Of a stretch of DNA of 64,000 nt, positions 9,266-17,312 are shown piece after piece; position 1 is the first letter of the stretch, and each line of letters opens with the position of its first letter. The position numbers and the translations under genes are program-made. This DNA comes from an uncultured Candidatus Rokubacteria bacterium (GTDB taxonomy: Bacteria; Methylomirabilota; Methylomirabilia; Rokubacteriales; DASRDR01). The stretch is taken from assembly GCA_963826115.1 (NCBI GenBank), contig CAWGVS010000006.1, positions 1,152,001-1,216,000 of the forward strand, written 5' to 3'. The notes beneath the pieces were generated by a model that ran no database searches, was not told where the DNA came from, and worked only from the letters and a program-made list of their open reading frames with translations.

Positions 9266-10899
9266 CCGGCGGCGACGCGCTCGTCCAGACCCTCCTGGCC
9301 CACGGCGTCACTCAGGGCTTCGGCGTGCCCGGCGAGAGCTACCTCGCCGTCCTCGAGGGGCTGCGGCGCGAGCGGGCGCGTTTCCGCCTGGTCGTCACGC
9401 GGCACGAGTCGGGGGCGAGCTTCGCCGCCGAGGCGTACGCGAAGCTCGCGCGGCGGCCGGCGGCCGCCTTCGTCACCCGCGGGCCGGGCGCGACGAACGC
9501 CGGCATCGGCATCCACACCGCGATGCAGGACTCGACGCCCGTCCTCCTCTTCGTCGGCCACGTGCCGACCCACGCGAAGGGGCGCGAGGCGTTCCAGGAG
9601 ATCGACTACCACCGGATGTACGCCCCCATCGCGAAGGCGGTGCTCGAGCCGGAGTCGGGCGCGGACGTCGCCGAGTGCACCGCGCGCGCGATCCGGCTCG
9701 CGGTGGCCGGCCGGCCCGGCCCGGTCGTCGTGGTCCTGCCCGAGGACGTGACCGAGGCCGGCGCGGGGGACGCGCCCATCCCCGCGGCGCCCCCGCGTCT
9801 TCGCGCCGCGCCCGCGCCCGAGGGCGTGCGGGAGGCCGCGCGGCTCCTCGGGCAGGCGCGGCACCCCATCGTGATCGCGGGCGAGATGGCGGCATTCGAG
9901 GACGCCACCGCCGCGCTGGTCCGCCTCGCCGAGGCGAGCGGCGCGGGGGTCGTGACCGCGTGGCGCCGGCAGGACACCTTCCCGAACGACCACCCCGCGT
10001 ACCTCGGCCACTTCGGGATCGGGCGCGCGCCCTTCCAGCGGGAGGCGTGGGCGGCGTGCGACGTGGTGATCGCGGCGGGCACGCGCCTCGACGACATCAC
10101 GACCGAGGAGTTCACGCTCCTCCGGCCCGACCAGCGCCTGATCCACGTCCACCCCGATCCCGCGATCCTCGCGCGGTCGCGGGCCGACGTCCCGCTCGCC
10201 GCCGACACGGGCGTCGCGCTCCTCGCGCTGGCCGAGGCCCTCGGCGGGCCGGCGCCCGCCGCCCGGGTCGCGTGGCGCGCGCGGCTCCACGGGGAATACC
10301 TCGCCTTCACGCGGCCGGGGCAGGTGACCGTCCGCGGCGCGGTGGACCCGGCCCGCGTCGTGGAGGCGGTGACGGCGGCCCTCCCCGCCGAGGCGATCGT
10401 CGTCAACGATGCCGGGAACTTCGCGGGCTGGGTCCACCGCTACCACCGCTTCCGCCAGCCGGGCACGCAGGCGGCGCCGTCGTCCGGCGCGATGGGCTAC
10501 GGCGTGCCGGCCGCCATCGGCGCGAAGCTCGCCCGTCCGGACCGGCCCGTCGTGGCCTTCGTGGGGGACGGGGGCTTCCTCATGACCGGGCAGGAGCTGG
10601 TGACGGCCGTCCAGGAGGAGCTGCCCGTGAAGGTCGTGCTGGGCGACAACGGCGCCTACGGCACGATCGCGATGCACCAGCACAAGCGCATCGGCCCCGA
10701 CGGCCTCTTCGCCGTGCACCTCCGGAGCCCGGACTTCGCGGCCGTGGCGCGCGGATACGGCGTCGCCGCCTTCCTCGTGGAGAAGACGGCGGAGTTCGCC
10801 GACGCGTTCCAGGCCGCGCTCGCCCATCCGGGCCCCGCGCTGGTCCACGTCAAGACGGACCTCCGGGACATCTCGACGGCGGGCCCGCTTCCGGCCTGA
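9262..10899 (+). CDS. Thiamine pyrophosphate-dependent enzyme (acetolactate synthase large subunit-like)
   Basis: FGVPGESYL, RHESGA, TRGPGATNA, GAMGYG, GDGGFLM...N TPP motif; AGGAG RBS. Confidence 0.9.
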   Translation: MTGGDALVQTLLAHGVTQGFGVPGESYLAVLEGLRRERARFRLVVTRHESGASFAAEAYAKLARRPAAAFVTRGPGATNAGIGIHTAMQDSTPVLLFVGHVPTHAKGREAFQEIDYHRMYAPIAKAVLEPESGADVAECTARAIRLAVAGRPGPVVVVLPEDVTEAGAGDAPIPAAPPRLRAAPAPEGVREAARLLGQARHPIVIAGEMAAFEDATAALVRLAEASGAGVVTAWRRQDTFPNDHPAYLGHFGIGRAPFQREAWAACDVVIAAGTRLDDITTEEFTLLRPDQRLIHVHPDPAILARSRADVPLAADTGVALLALAEALGGPAPAARVAWRARLHGEYLAFTRPGQVTVRGAVDPARVVEAVTAALPAEAIVVNDAGNFAGWVHRYHRFRQPGTQAAPSSGAMGYGVPAAIGAKLARPDRPVVAFVGDGGFLMTGQELVTAVQEELPVKVVLGDNGAYGTIAMHQHKRIGPDGLFAVHLRSPDFAAVARGYGVAAFLVEKTAEFADAFQAALAHPGPALVHVKTDLRDISTAGPLPA

Positions 10900-11032
10900 G
10901 CGCCCCGTCCGCGAGGCGCGTCACGCCGTGGATGCGCCGTGTTGACGCGGCCCGGGCACTCTGGGAACATCGATCGCTGACCGCCGCCGGAATCCGCTCG
11001 AACCCGACCGTCCGCCCGATGAGGAGGCGCAG

Positions 11033-12286
11033 ATGAAGATGGGCAAGTGGCTCCTGGTCACCCTCGGCTTGACGCTCGGGCTCGTGGGGACGGCCCGCGC
11101 CCAGACCGTCGAGATCGAGTACTGGCAGTACACGTTCGCCCAGCGCGTGCAGGCGATCGACGAGCTCATCAAGCGCTTCGAGGCGGAGAATCCCAACATC
11201 AAGGTCAGGCACACCCACGTGCCCTACGACGACTTCCGGCTGAAGATCGCCGCCGCGATTCCGGCCGGGCAGGGGCCCGACGTGGTGCAGCTCTTCTACG
11301 GCTGGCTCCAGGACTACCTGAAGGCGAAGCTCCTCCAGCCGCTGCCGGCGGAGGCGTTCCCCGCGGCGGAGATCGAGCGCGACTTCTTTCCGCTGGTGAA
11401 GCAGATGAGGGTGGACAACCAGTACTACGCGGTGCCCACCGCGGTGCGCTCGCTCGCGCTCTTCTGGAACAAGAAGCTCTTCGCGGAGGCGGGGCTCGAT
11501 CCCGCGAAGCCGCCCCAGACGCTCGACGAGCTCTCCGCCATGGCCCAGAAGCTCACCAAGCGCGACGCCGCCGGCAACCTCCTCCAGGCCGGGATCGCGC
11601 TCGACATGGGCCTCCAGGACCATCACTGGCTGCGCGAGGTGCTGATCCGGCAGATGGGCGGTCAGCCCTATTCGGCCGACGGGAAGACCGTCGCGTACAA
11701 CAGCGCCGCCGGCCACCGCGCCGCCGGCTGGTACACCGATCTCGCCACCAAGCAGAAGGTCGGTGAGTTCGGCTTCATGACCGACGGCGTGACGGCGTTC
11801 AAGGCCGGCAAGGCCGGCCTGATGATCGACGGCTCCTTCCGGCTCGCCGCGTTCGACGCCCAGGCCGGGCTCGACTACGCCGTCGCCGAGCTGCCGACCC
11901 ACCAGGGGAAGCGCTCGAACTTCGCGTCCTACTGGGTCAACGGCATCACGCCCAAGGCCACGGGCCCGAAGAAGGACGCCGCCGTCAAGTTCCTGAAATT
12001 CATCACCACGCCGGCGGCGATGGAGCTCTGGCTCGAGAAGGTGGGCGAGCTCCCGGCGCGCAAGGCGGTCGCCGAGCGGGACGCGATCCGGAGCCACCCG
12101 AAGTACGGCGCGTTCATCCGGGGCCTCGGCTACGCGGAGGCCACGTTCTTCGTCAACGAGACCGCTCAGCGGAAGCTCTTCATGGACATGACGGACCGCA
12201 TCGTCCTGAAGGGCCAGCCGGTGCCGGAGTCGGTCGCGCAGGCGGCGGCGGAGGAGCAGAAGCTCCTGGACGCCTTCTTCAAGTAG
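11033..12286 (+). CDS. ABC transporter extracellular solute-binding protein (carbohydrate/CUT1 family)
   Basis: Signal peptide ending ARA-Q; FEAENPNIKV, GPDVVQ, LFWNKKLF, PQTLDEL; GAGGAGG RBS. Confidence 0.9.
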   Translation: MKMGKWLLVTLGLTLGLVGTARAQTVEIEYWQYTFAQRVQAIDELIKRFEAENPNIKVRHTHVPYDDFRLKIAAAIPAGQGPDVVQLFYGWLQDYLKAKLLQPLPAEAFPAAEIERDFFPLVKQMRVDNQYYAVPTAVRSLALFWNKKLFAEAGLDPAKPPQTLDELSAMAQKLTKRDAAGNLLQAGIALDMGLQDHHWLREVLIRQMGGQPYSADGKTVAYNSAAGHRAAGWYTDLATKQKVGEFGFMTDGVTAFKAGKAGLMIDGSFRLAAFDAQAGLDYAVAELPTHQGKRSNFASYWVNGITPKATGPKKDAAVKFLKFITTPAAMELWLEKVGELPARKAVAERDAIRSHPKYGAFIRGLGYAEATFFVNETAQRKLFMDMTDRIVLKGQPVPESVAQAAAEEQKLLDAFFK

Positions 12287-12338
12287 GGTCGGCGGGGTCC
12301 CGGGGCGCGACCCCGGGGCCCCGGCCTCGCCGCTCGCG

Positions 12339-13223
12339 ATGCTCGACCGGCTCTCGCTCCGCTCGCGGCGGACGCTCTGCGCGTGGACGTTCCTCGCGGT
12401 GCCCATCGTCTTCTACACGACCATCCGCTTCTATCCCGCCGCGGACGCGCTCCTCACCTCCCTGACGGACTGGAACATCGTCGGCGCGCGCCGGTTCGTC
12501 GGGCTCGAGAACTACCGGCGCCTCTTCGCCGACCCGACGTTCTGGCAGGTGATGGGCAACACGTTCCAGTACCTGATCGTCGGCGTGGCCGTGAGCCTCG
12601 GGCTGTCCTTCCTCGTGGCGTACCACCTCGACCGGGTCCGCTTCGGCCACGCGGTTCTCCGCGCGCTCTACTTCGTGCCGCACATCACGACCGCGGTCGC
12701 CATGGCCTGGGTCTGGCGGTGGCTCTACCAGCCGGTGCCGATCGGCGTGTTCAACGGCCTCCTGGTCTGGGCGGGCCTCCCGCAGCAGCCGTTCCTGCGC
12801 TCGACGGAGCAGGCGCTCTACGCGGTCCTGGCGCCCGCGATCTGGGCCGGGCTCGGTTTCCAGATCGTCGTCTTCCTGGCCGGGCTGAAGGCGATCCCGC
12901 AGGAGTACTACGAGGCGGCGGCCATCGACGGCGCCGGGCCGTGGCGCGCGCTCGTGCACGTGACGCTCCCGCTCCTCCGGCCCACCCTCGTGTTCCTGGT
13001 CGTCGTCAGCTCGATCGCCTTCCTGCGCATCTTCGACTACGTGTACGGCATGACGCTCGGCCAGGGCGGGCCGCTCGACTCCACCAAGCCGCTCGTGCTC
13101 AAGATCTACGAGACCGCGTTCGGGCATTTCCAGATGGGCTACGCGACCGCCCAGACGGTGGTCCTGTTCGCGATCCTCCTCGCGGTCTCGCTCCTCCAGC
13201 TCCGCCTGCTGCGGTCGTCATGA
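12339..13223 (+). CDS. Carbohydrate ABC transporter permease
   Basis: FVGLENY, EAA loop YYEAAAIDGAG, TM helices. Confidence 0.9.
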   Translation: MLDRLSLRSRRTLCAWTFLAVPIVFYTTIRFYPAADALLTSLTDWNIVGARRFVGLENYRRLFADPTFWQVMGNTFQYLIVGVAVSLGLSFLVAYHLDRVRFGHAVLRALYFVPHITTAVAMAWVWRWLYQPVPIGVFNGLLVWAGLPQQPFLRSTEQALYAVLAPAIWAGLGFQIVVFLAGLKAIPQEYYEAAAIDGAGPWRALVHVTLPLLRPTLVFLVVVSSIAFLRIFDYVYGMTLGQGGPLDSTKPLVLKIYETAFGHFQMGYATAQTVVLFAILLAVSLLQLRLLRSS

Positions 13224-14059
13224 GTCTCGTGGGCCGGCGCGGGCGGGGCGGGCAGGCGACGCAGGCGGTCGTGTGGGTGCTCCTGCTGGCGGGCGGTCTC
13301 CTCATGGTGATGCCGTTCGTGTACATGCTGTCGACCTCGCTCAAGACGAACGCCGAGGTCTACGAGCTGTCGCTCCTGCCCCGGGCGCCCACGCTGGACA
13401 ACTACCGCCGGCTGGCCGGCGCCTCGGGGTTCCCGCGCTGGTTCCTCAACTCGCTCGCGATCGCGGTCGTGACCACGGCCTCGGTGCTGTTCTTCGACAG
13501 CCTGGTCGGCTACACCTTGGCGAAGTTCCGGTTCCGCGGCCGCCGGGTCGTGTTCCTGGCCATCCTGAGCACGCTGATGATCCCGACCGAGATGCTGGTG
13601 CTGCCGTGGTACGTCATGAGCAAGAATCTCGGCTGGCTCGACACCTACTGGGGCATCATGTTCCCCGGGATGATGACGGGGTTCGGGACCTTCCTCATGA
13701 GGCAGTTCTTCGAGAGCGTGCCGGACGAGCTCCTCGAGGCCGGCCGCGTCGACGGGCTGGGCGAGTTCCAGATCTGGTGGCGCATCGCCATGCCGCTCGT
13801 CGGCCCCGCGCTGTCCGCGCTCGCGATCTTCACCTTCCTCGGCAACTGGACGGCGTTCCTGTGGCCCCTCATCTCGACGACGAGGCGCGAGCTCTACACG
13901 CTGCCCGTGGGGTTCGCGTCGTTCTCCGGCGAGTTCCAGCGGGAATGGGAGATGGTGATGGCCGGCGCCAGCGTCGCCACCCTGCCGGTGCTCCTCGTGT
14001 TCATCCTCCTCCAGAAGTACATCGTGCGCGGCGTCATGCTGACCGGCATCAAGGGCTAG
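13220..14059 (+). CDS. Carbohydrate ABC transporter permease (second subunit)
   Basis: C-terminal part of the 12383 ORF: PTLDNY, FLMRQFF, ELLEAGRVDG, IKG end; ATGA overlap. Confidence 0.9.
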   Translation: MSLVGRRGRGGQATQAVVWVLLLAGGLLMVMPFVYMLSTSLKTNAEVYELSLLPRAPTLDNYRRLAGASGFPRWFLNSLAIAVVTTASVLFFDSLVGYTLAKFRFRGRRVVFLAILSTLMIPTEMLVLPWYVMSKNLGWLDTYWGIMFPGMMTGFGTFLMRQFFESVPDELLEAGRVDGLGEFQIWWRIAMPLVGPALSALAIFTFLGNWTAFLWPLISTTRRELYTLPVGFASFSGEFQREWEMVMAGASVATLPVLLVFILLQKYIVRGVMLTGIKG

Positions 14060-14087
14060 GAGCGGGCGCGATGACCGTCGCATCCCG

Positions 14088-14200
14088 GCGTCCTCGGTCC
14101 TCGCCCGTCCTCGGCGTACCGGAGTACGCCTGCGGGGGGCTCGGACCTGCGTCCTTGGGCTGCTCGGTCCTCGCCCCCGCTCGCGGGTCGACGGCGCCGA
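14088..14200. repeat. Intergenic bulged-palindrome (REP-like) element
   Basis: Central hairpin GGCGTAC-CGGA-GTACGCC with imperfect arms and a repeated CTCGGTCCTCGCCC motif. Confidence 0.5.
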
Positions 14201-14270
14201 GCCGCGCGGGGTGGGCGACCATTACGGTTCATCGGCAGCAGCTCGGATCCTTCAGGGGTTGTGGGACCGC

Positions 14271-15767
14271 ATGATGGGCTCGAGCGACGAGGAGCGGTTC
14301 CCGGCGCCGGTCTACCGGGAGACGGTGCTCGCGCCGCTCTTCGAGGGCGTGAAGCGGCACCACTGGCGCCAGCTGATGCGGGTCAATCGCGCGAGCGCGA
14401 TCATGCTGGCGGCGCAGGGTCTCCTGACGCGGGAGGAGGCGGGAGCGATCCTCCGCGCGCTCGACGAGATCGAGCGGGGCACCGACGTCCCGGCGCTCGC
14501 CTACACCGGCGAGCACGAGGACTTCTTCTTCTACGTCCAGACCGAGCTCGAGCGGCGCCTGGGCGTCGAGACGGCGGGGAAGCTCCACACCGGGCGGAGC
14601 CGGAACGACATCGACCACACGGTCTTCAAGATGGCGCTGAAGGAGCACCTGGCCGCGCTCCTCGGCCACCTCCTCGACGCGCTGACCGCCGTCCTCGACG
14701 TGGCGGAGGCGAACCGGGAGACGCTGGTGGTCGCGTACACCCACGGCCAGCCCGCCCAGCCGACCACGTACGGCCACTACCTCGGGGCCCTCGCCGAGCT
14801 CCTGCTCCGCGACGTGGAGCGCCTCCGCCTGGCCGGTCGCTACCCGGACCTCTCCAGCATGGGCGCGGCGGCGATCACGACCTCGGGGTTCCCGCTCGAC
14901 CGCGCGGCGATGGCGGAGCTCCTCGGCTTCGCCGCCGTCCAAGACAACGCCTACGGCTGCATCGCCGCCGACGACTACGTGACCAGCGTGTACGGCGCGC
15001 TCCAGCTCCTCTTCATCCACCTCGGGCGGTTCGCGCAGGATTTGAACGCCTGGACCGGCTTCGAGGTGGGGCACCTCCGCGTGCCCGACGCCTACGTCCA
15101 GGTCAGCTCGATCATGCCGCAGAAGCGGAACCCGGTCGCCGTGGAGCACCTCCGGCTCCTCTGCTCGCTCGCGGCCGGCCGCGCCGCGACGACGCTCGCG
15201 ACCCTCCACAACACGCCGTTCACCGACGTGAACGACGCCGAGGGCGAGGTCCAGGTGGCCGGCTACGCGGCCTTCGAGGCGGGGGGCCGCGCGCTCCGGC
15301 TCCTGGCCGGCTTCATCCGCGCCGCGCGCGTGGACGAGGCGCGCGTGCGCCGCCACATCGACGAGAGCTGCATCACGGCCACCGAGCTGGCGGACTCGCT
15401 CGTGCGCGCGGAGGGGATCTCCTTCCGCCAGGCCCACGAGGTCGTGTCGCGGCTGGTGCGGGGGATGCTCGACCGCGGCGAGCGGTTCCCCACGGTGCCC
15501 CACCGGGCCTTCGCGGAGGCGTTCGCCGCCGTCGCCGGCCGGCCGCCCCGCCTCGGCGAGGCCGAGCTCCGGCGCTTCACGACCCCGGAGCACTTCGTCG
15601 CGGTGCGCACGCTGCCGGGCGGCCCGGCGCCCGGCCCGCTCGGCGAGAGCCTCCGGCGCTACCGTCAAGAGCTCGAGGAGGCGCGCGCCTGGCTCGCGGA
15701 GTACCGCGGGCGCCTGGAGGGGGTCGACCGCCGGCTGGCCGAGCGCGCCCGCGCGCTCGGCGCCTGA
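14271..15767 (+). CDS. Argininosuccinate lyase-like C-N lyase (aspartase/fumarase superfamily)
   Basis: HTGRSRND, YTHGQPAQP, SSIMPQKRNP signatures; N-terminus differs from housekeeping ArgH. Confidence 0.85.
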   Translation: MMGSSDEERFPAPVYRETVLAPLFEGVKRHHWRQLMRVNRASAIMLAAQGLLTREEAGAILRALDEIERGTDVPALAYTGEHEDFFFYVQTELERRLGVETAGKLHTGRSRNDIDHTVFKMALKEHLAALLGHLLDALTAVLDVAEANRETLVVAYTHGQPAQPTTYGHYLGALAELLLRDVERLRLAGRYPDLSSMGAAAITTSGFPLDRAAMAELLGFAAVQDNAYGCIAADDYVTSVYGALQLLFIHLGRFAQDLNAWTGFEVGHLRVPDAYVQVSSIMPQKRNPVAVEHLRLLCSLAAGRAATTLATLHNTPFTDVNDAEGEVQVAGYAAFEAGGRALRLLAGFIRAARVDEARVRRHIDESCITATELADSLVRAEGISFRQAHEVVSRLVRGMLDRGERFPTVPHRAFAEAFAAVAGRPPRLGEAELRRFTTPEHFVAVRTLPGGPAPGPLGESLRRYRQELEEARAWLAEYRGRLEGVDRRLAERARALGA

Positions 15768-15777
15768 CCGCGCCGCG

Positions 15778-16353
15778 CTACTGGGGCCGGTTCGCCCGGA
15801 CGTCCCAGCCGCCGACCGCGGCTTGCCCGAGGCTCCCGTCGGGCATCTGCGGCCGGTACTCGATCGTGATCTTCCCGTAGACCAGCGTCACCTCGGCAGA
15901 GGGCGGCGCGTCGGCCGAGTCGCCGAGCTTGACGCCGGAGACCAGCACGTCCTGGAGCGTGACCTTCAGGTAGTCGGCGGCCTCGCGGCCGGGCCGGCGG
16001 CAGCTGAGGACGGCCGACTGGACGTGCCGGCCCGCTGCCGCCGTCTGAAGGAGCGCGGGGACGGCGCGGTCGAGCCGCTGCGTGACCCGGAGCGGCTGGA
16101 AGTCGGCACGGCCGACGCTGGCGGAGGCGCCGCTCCCCAGCGTCGCCGCGACGGGGGTCGCCATCCCGAGGGACCAGCCCACCAGCTCGATCTCGCCCCG
16201 GTGCCGCGCGTCCGCGCTGTCGCCGGTGACGCCGTCGATCTTGAGGAAGCACTCCTCGGTGGCCGCGTCAGCCGGCGCGCTCCATGCGACGCCGGCCAGG
16301 ATCGCGATTCCGGCGAGGACTCCCAGCACCCACGGACCGCCGCGCTCGTGCAT
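15778..16353 (-). CDS. hcp: Hcp1-family (type VI secretion tube) protein with N-terminal signal peptide
   Basis: FLKIDGVTGDSADARHRGEIELVGWSLG...YLKVTLQDVLVS...EVTLVYGKITIEY...GWDVRAN; GGAGG RBS before ATG 16353. Confidence 0.85.
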   Translation of the reverse strand: MHERGGPWVLGVLAGIAILAGVAWSAPADAATEECFLKIDGVTGDSADARHRGEIELVGWSLGMATPVAATLGSGASASVGRADFQPLRVTQRLDRAVPALLQTAAAGRHVQSAVLSCRRPGREAADYLKVTLQDVLVSGVKLGDSADAPPSAEVTLVYGKITIEYRPQMPDGSLGQAAVGGWDVRANRPQ

Positions 16354-16536
16354 GGCCGCCTCCGATCCGATCGTCTCCATTCCGGTCGCGAGGGACGTTC
16401 CCTCGGGCGGCATCCTAGCACGCGGCCGCACGGCGCTTCTCCGAGCGGACGCGGCGGCTCGCCAGGGATGCGCAGCCGCTCGGTCCGGGGTTAGGCTAGG
16501 GGGCGTCGGACACCTCGCCAGACGGGAGACGCGACG

Positions 16537-17307
16537 ATGACGACCGCGAGTGCGACGGGACGGTTGGCGGCGGAGTGGGCGGCGCAGGGCTTCCTCCCGG
16601 TGGTGGACGTGCTCTCGCCCGGGGAGGCCGACCGCTGCCGCGCCCGCTTTGACGAGCTCGAGCGCGAGGTGCCGCCGGAGCAGGCGGAGGTCCACATCCG
16701 GGACCGTCATCTGGACGTGGAGTTCGTCTGGCGACTCGCCACGCACCCGAAGGTCCTCGACGCGGTCGAGGCGGTCCTCGGGCCCGACGTCGTCCTCCTC
16801 GCGTCGAACTTCTTCTGCAAGTACCCGGCGGAGGAGCGGGGCGAGCGGTTCGTGGCGTGGCACCAAGACGTGACGTACTGGGGTCTCGAGCCGCCGCGCG
16901 CGATCACCGCCTGGATCGCCGTCGACGACGCCGACGTGGAGAACGGGTGCATGAGCGTGATCCCGGGCTCCCACCGGCTCGGCTTCTTCGAGCACGGCAA
17001 GTCGGATCGGCCCGGCAACCTCCTCAGCATCAACCAGGAGGTGTCCGACGACACGGTCGACGAGCGCCGTGCGGTCTCCATGCCGCTCCGGGCCGGGCAG
17101 ATGTCCCTCCACGACGGCATGCTCCTCCACGGGAGCCATCCGAATCGCTCGTCCCGCCGGCGCTGCGGCCTCGCGGTCCGCTTCACCACGCCGGACGTGC
17201 GGCAGGTGGCCCCGAACTCGGCCCGCGGGTACTACCGGCCGGTCCTCGTCCGCGGCTCCGACCGCTACCGCCACTTCCCGCCGGTCGAGGTGCCCTGGCG
17301 AGACTGA
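16537..17307 (+). CDS. Phytanoyl-CoA dioxygenase (PhyH) family Fe(II)/2-oxoglutarate dioxygenase
   Basis: WHQDVTYW (HxD), ENGCMSVIPGSH, LLHGSHPNRSSRRR. Confidence 0.9.
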   Translation: MTTASATGRLAAEWAAQGFLPVVDVLSPGEADRCRARFDELEREVPPEQAEVHIRDRHLDVEFVWRLATHPKVLDAVEAVLGPDVVLLASNFFCKYPAEERGERFVAWHQDVTYWGLEPPRAITAWIAVDDADVENGCMSVIPGSHRLGFFEHGKSDRPGNLLSINQEVSDDTVDERRAVSMPLRAGQMSLHDGMLLHGSHPNRSSRRRCGLAVRFTTPDVRQVAPNSARGYYRPVLVRGSDRYRHFPPVEVPWRD

Positions 17308-17312
17308 TCGCC

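Noticed and set aside
15778-16353. Type VI secretion system locus
   Set aside because: No sheath, baseplate, membrane-complex, vgrG or PAAR genes in the window
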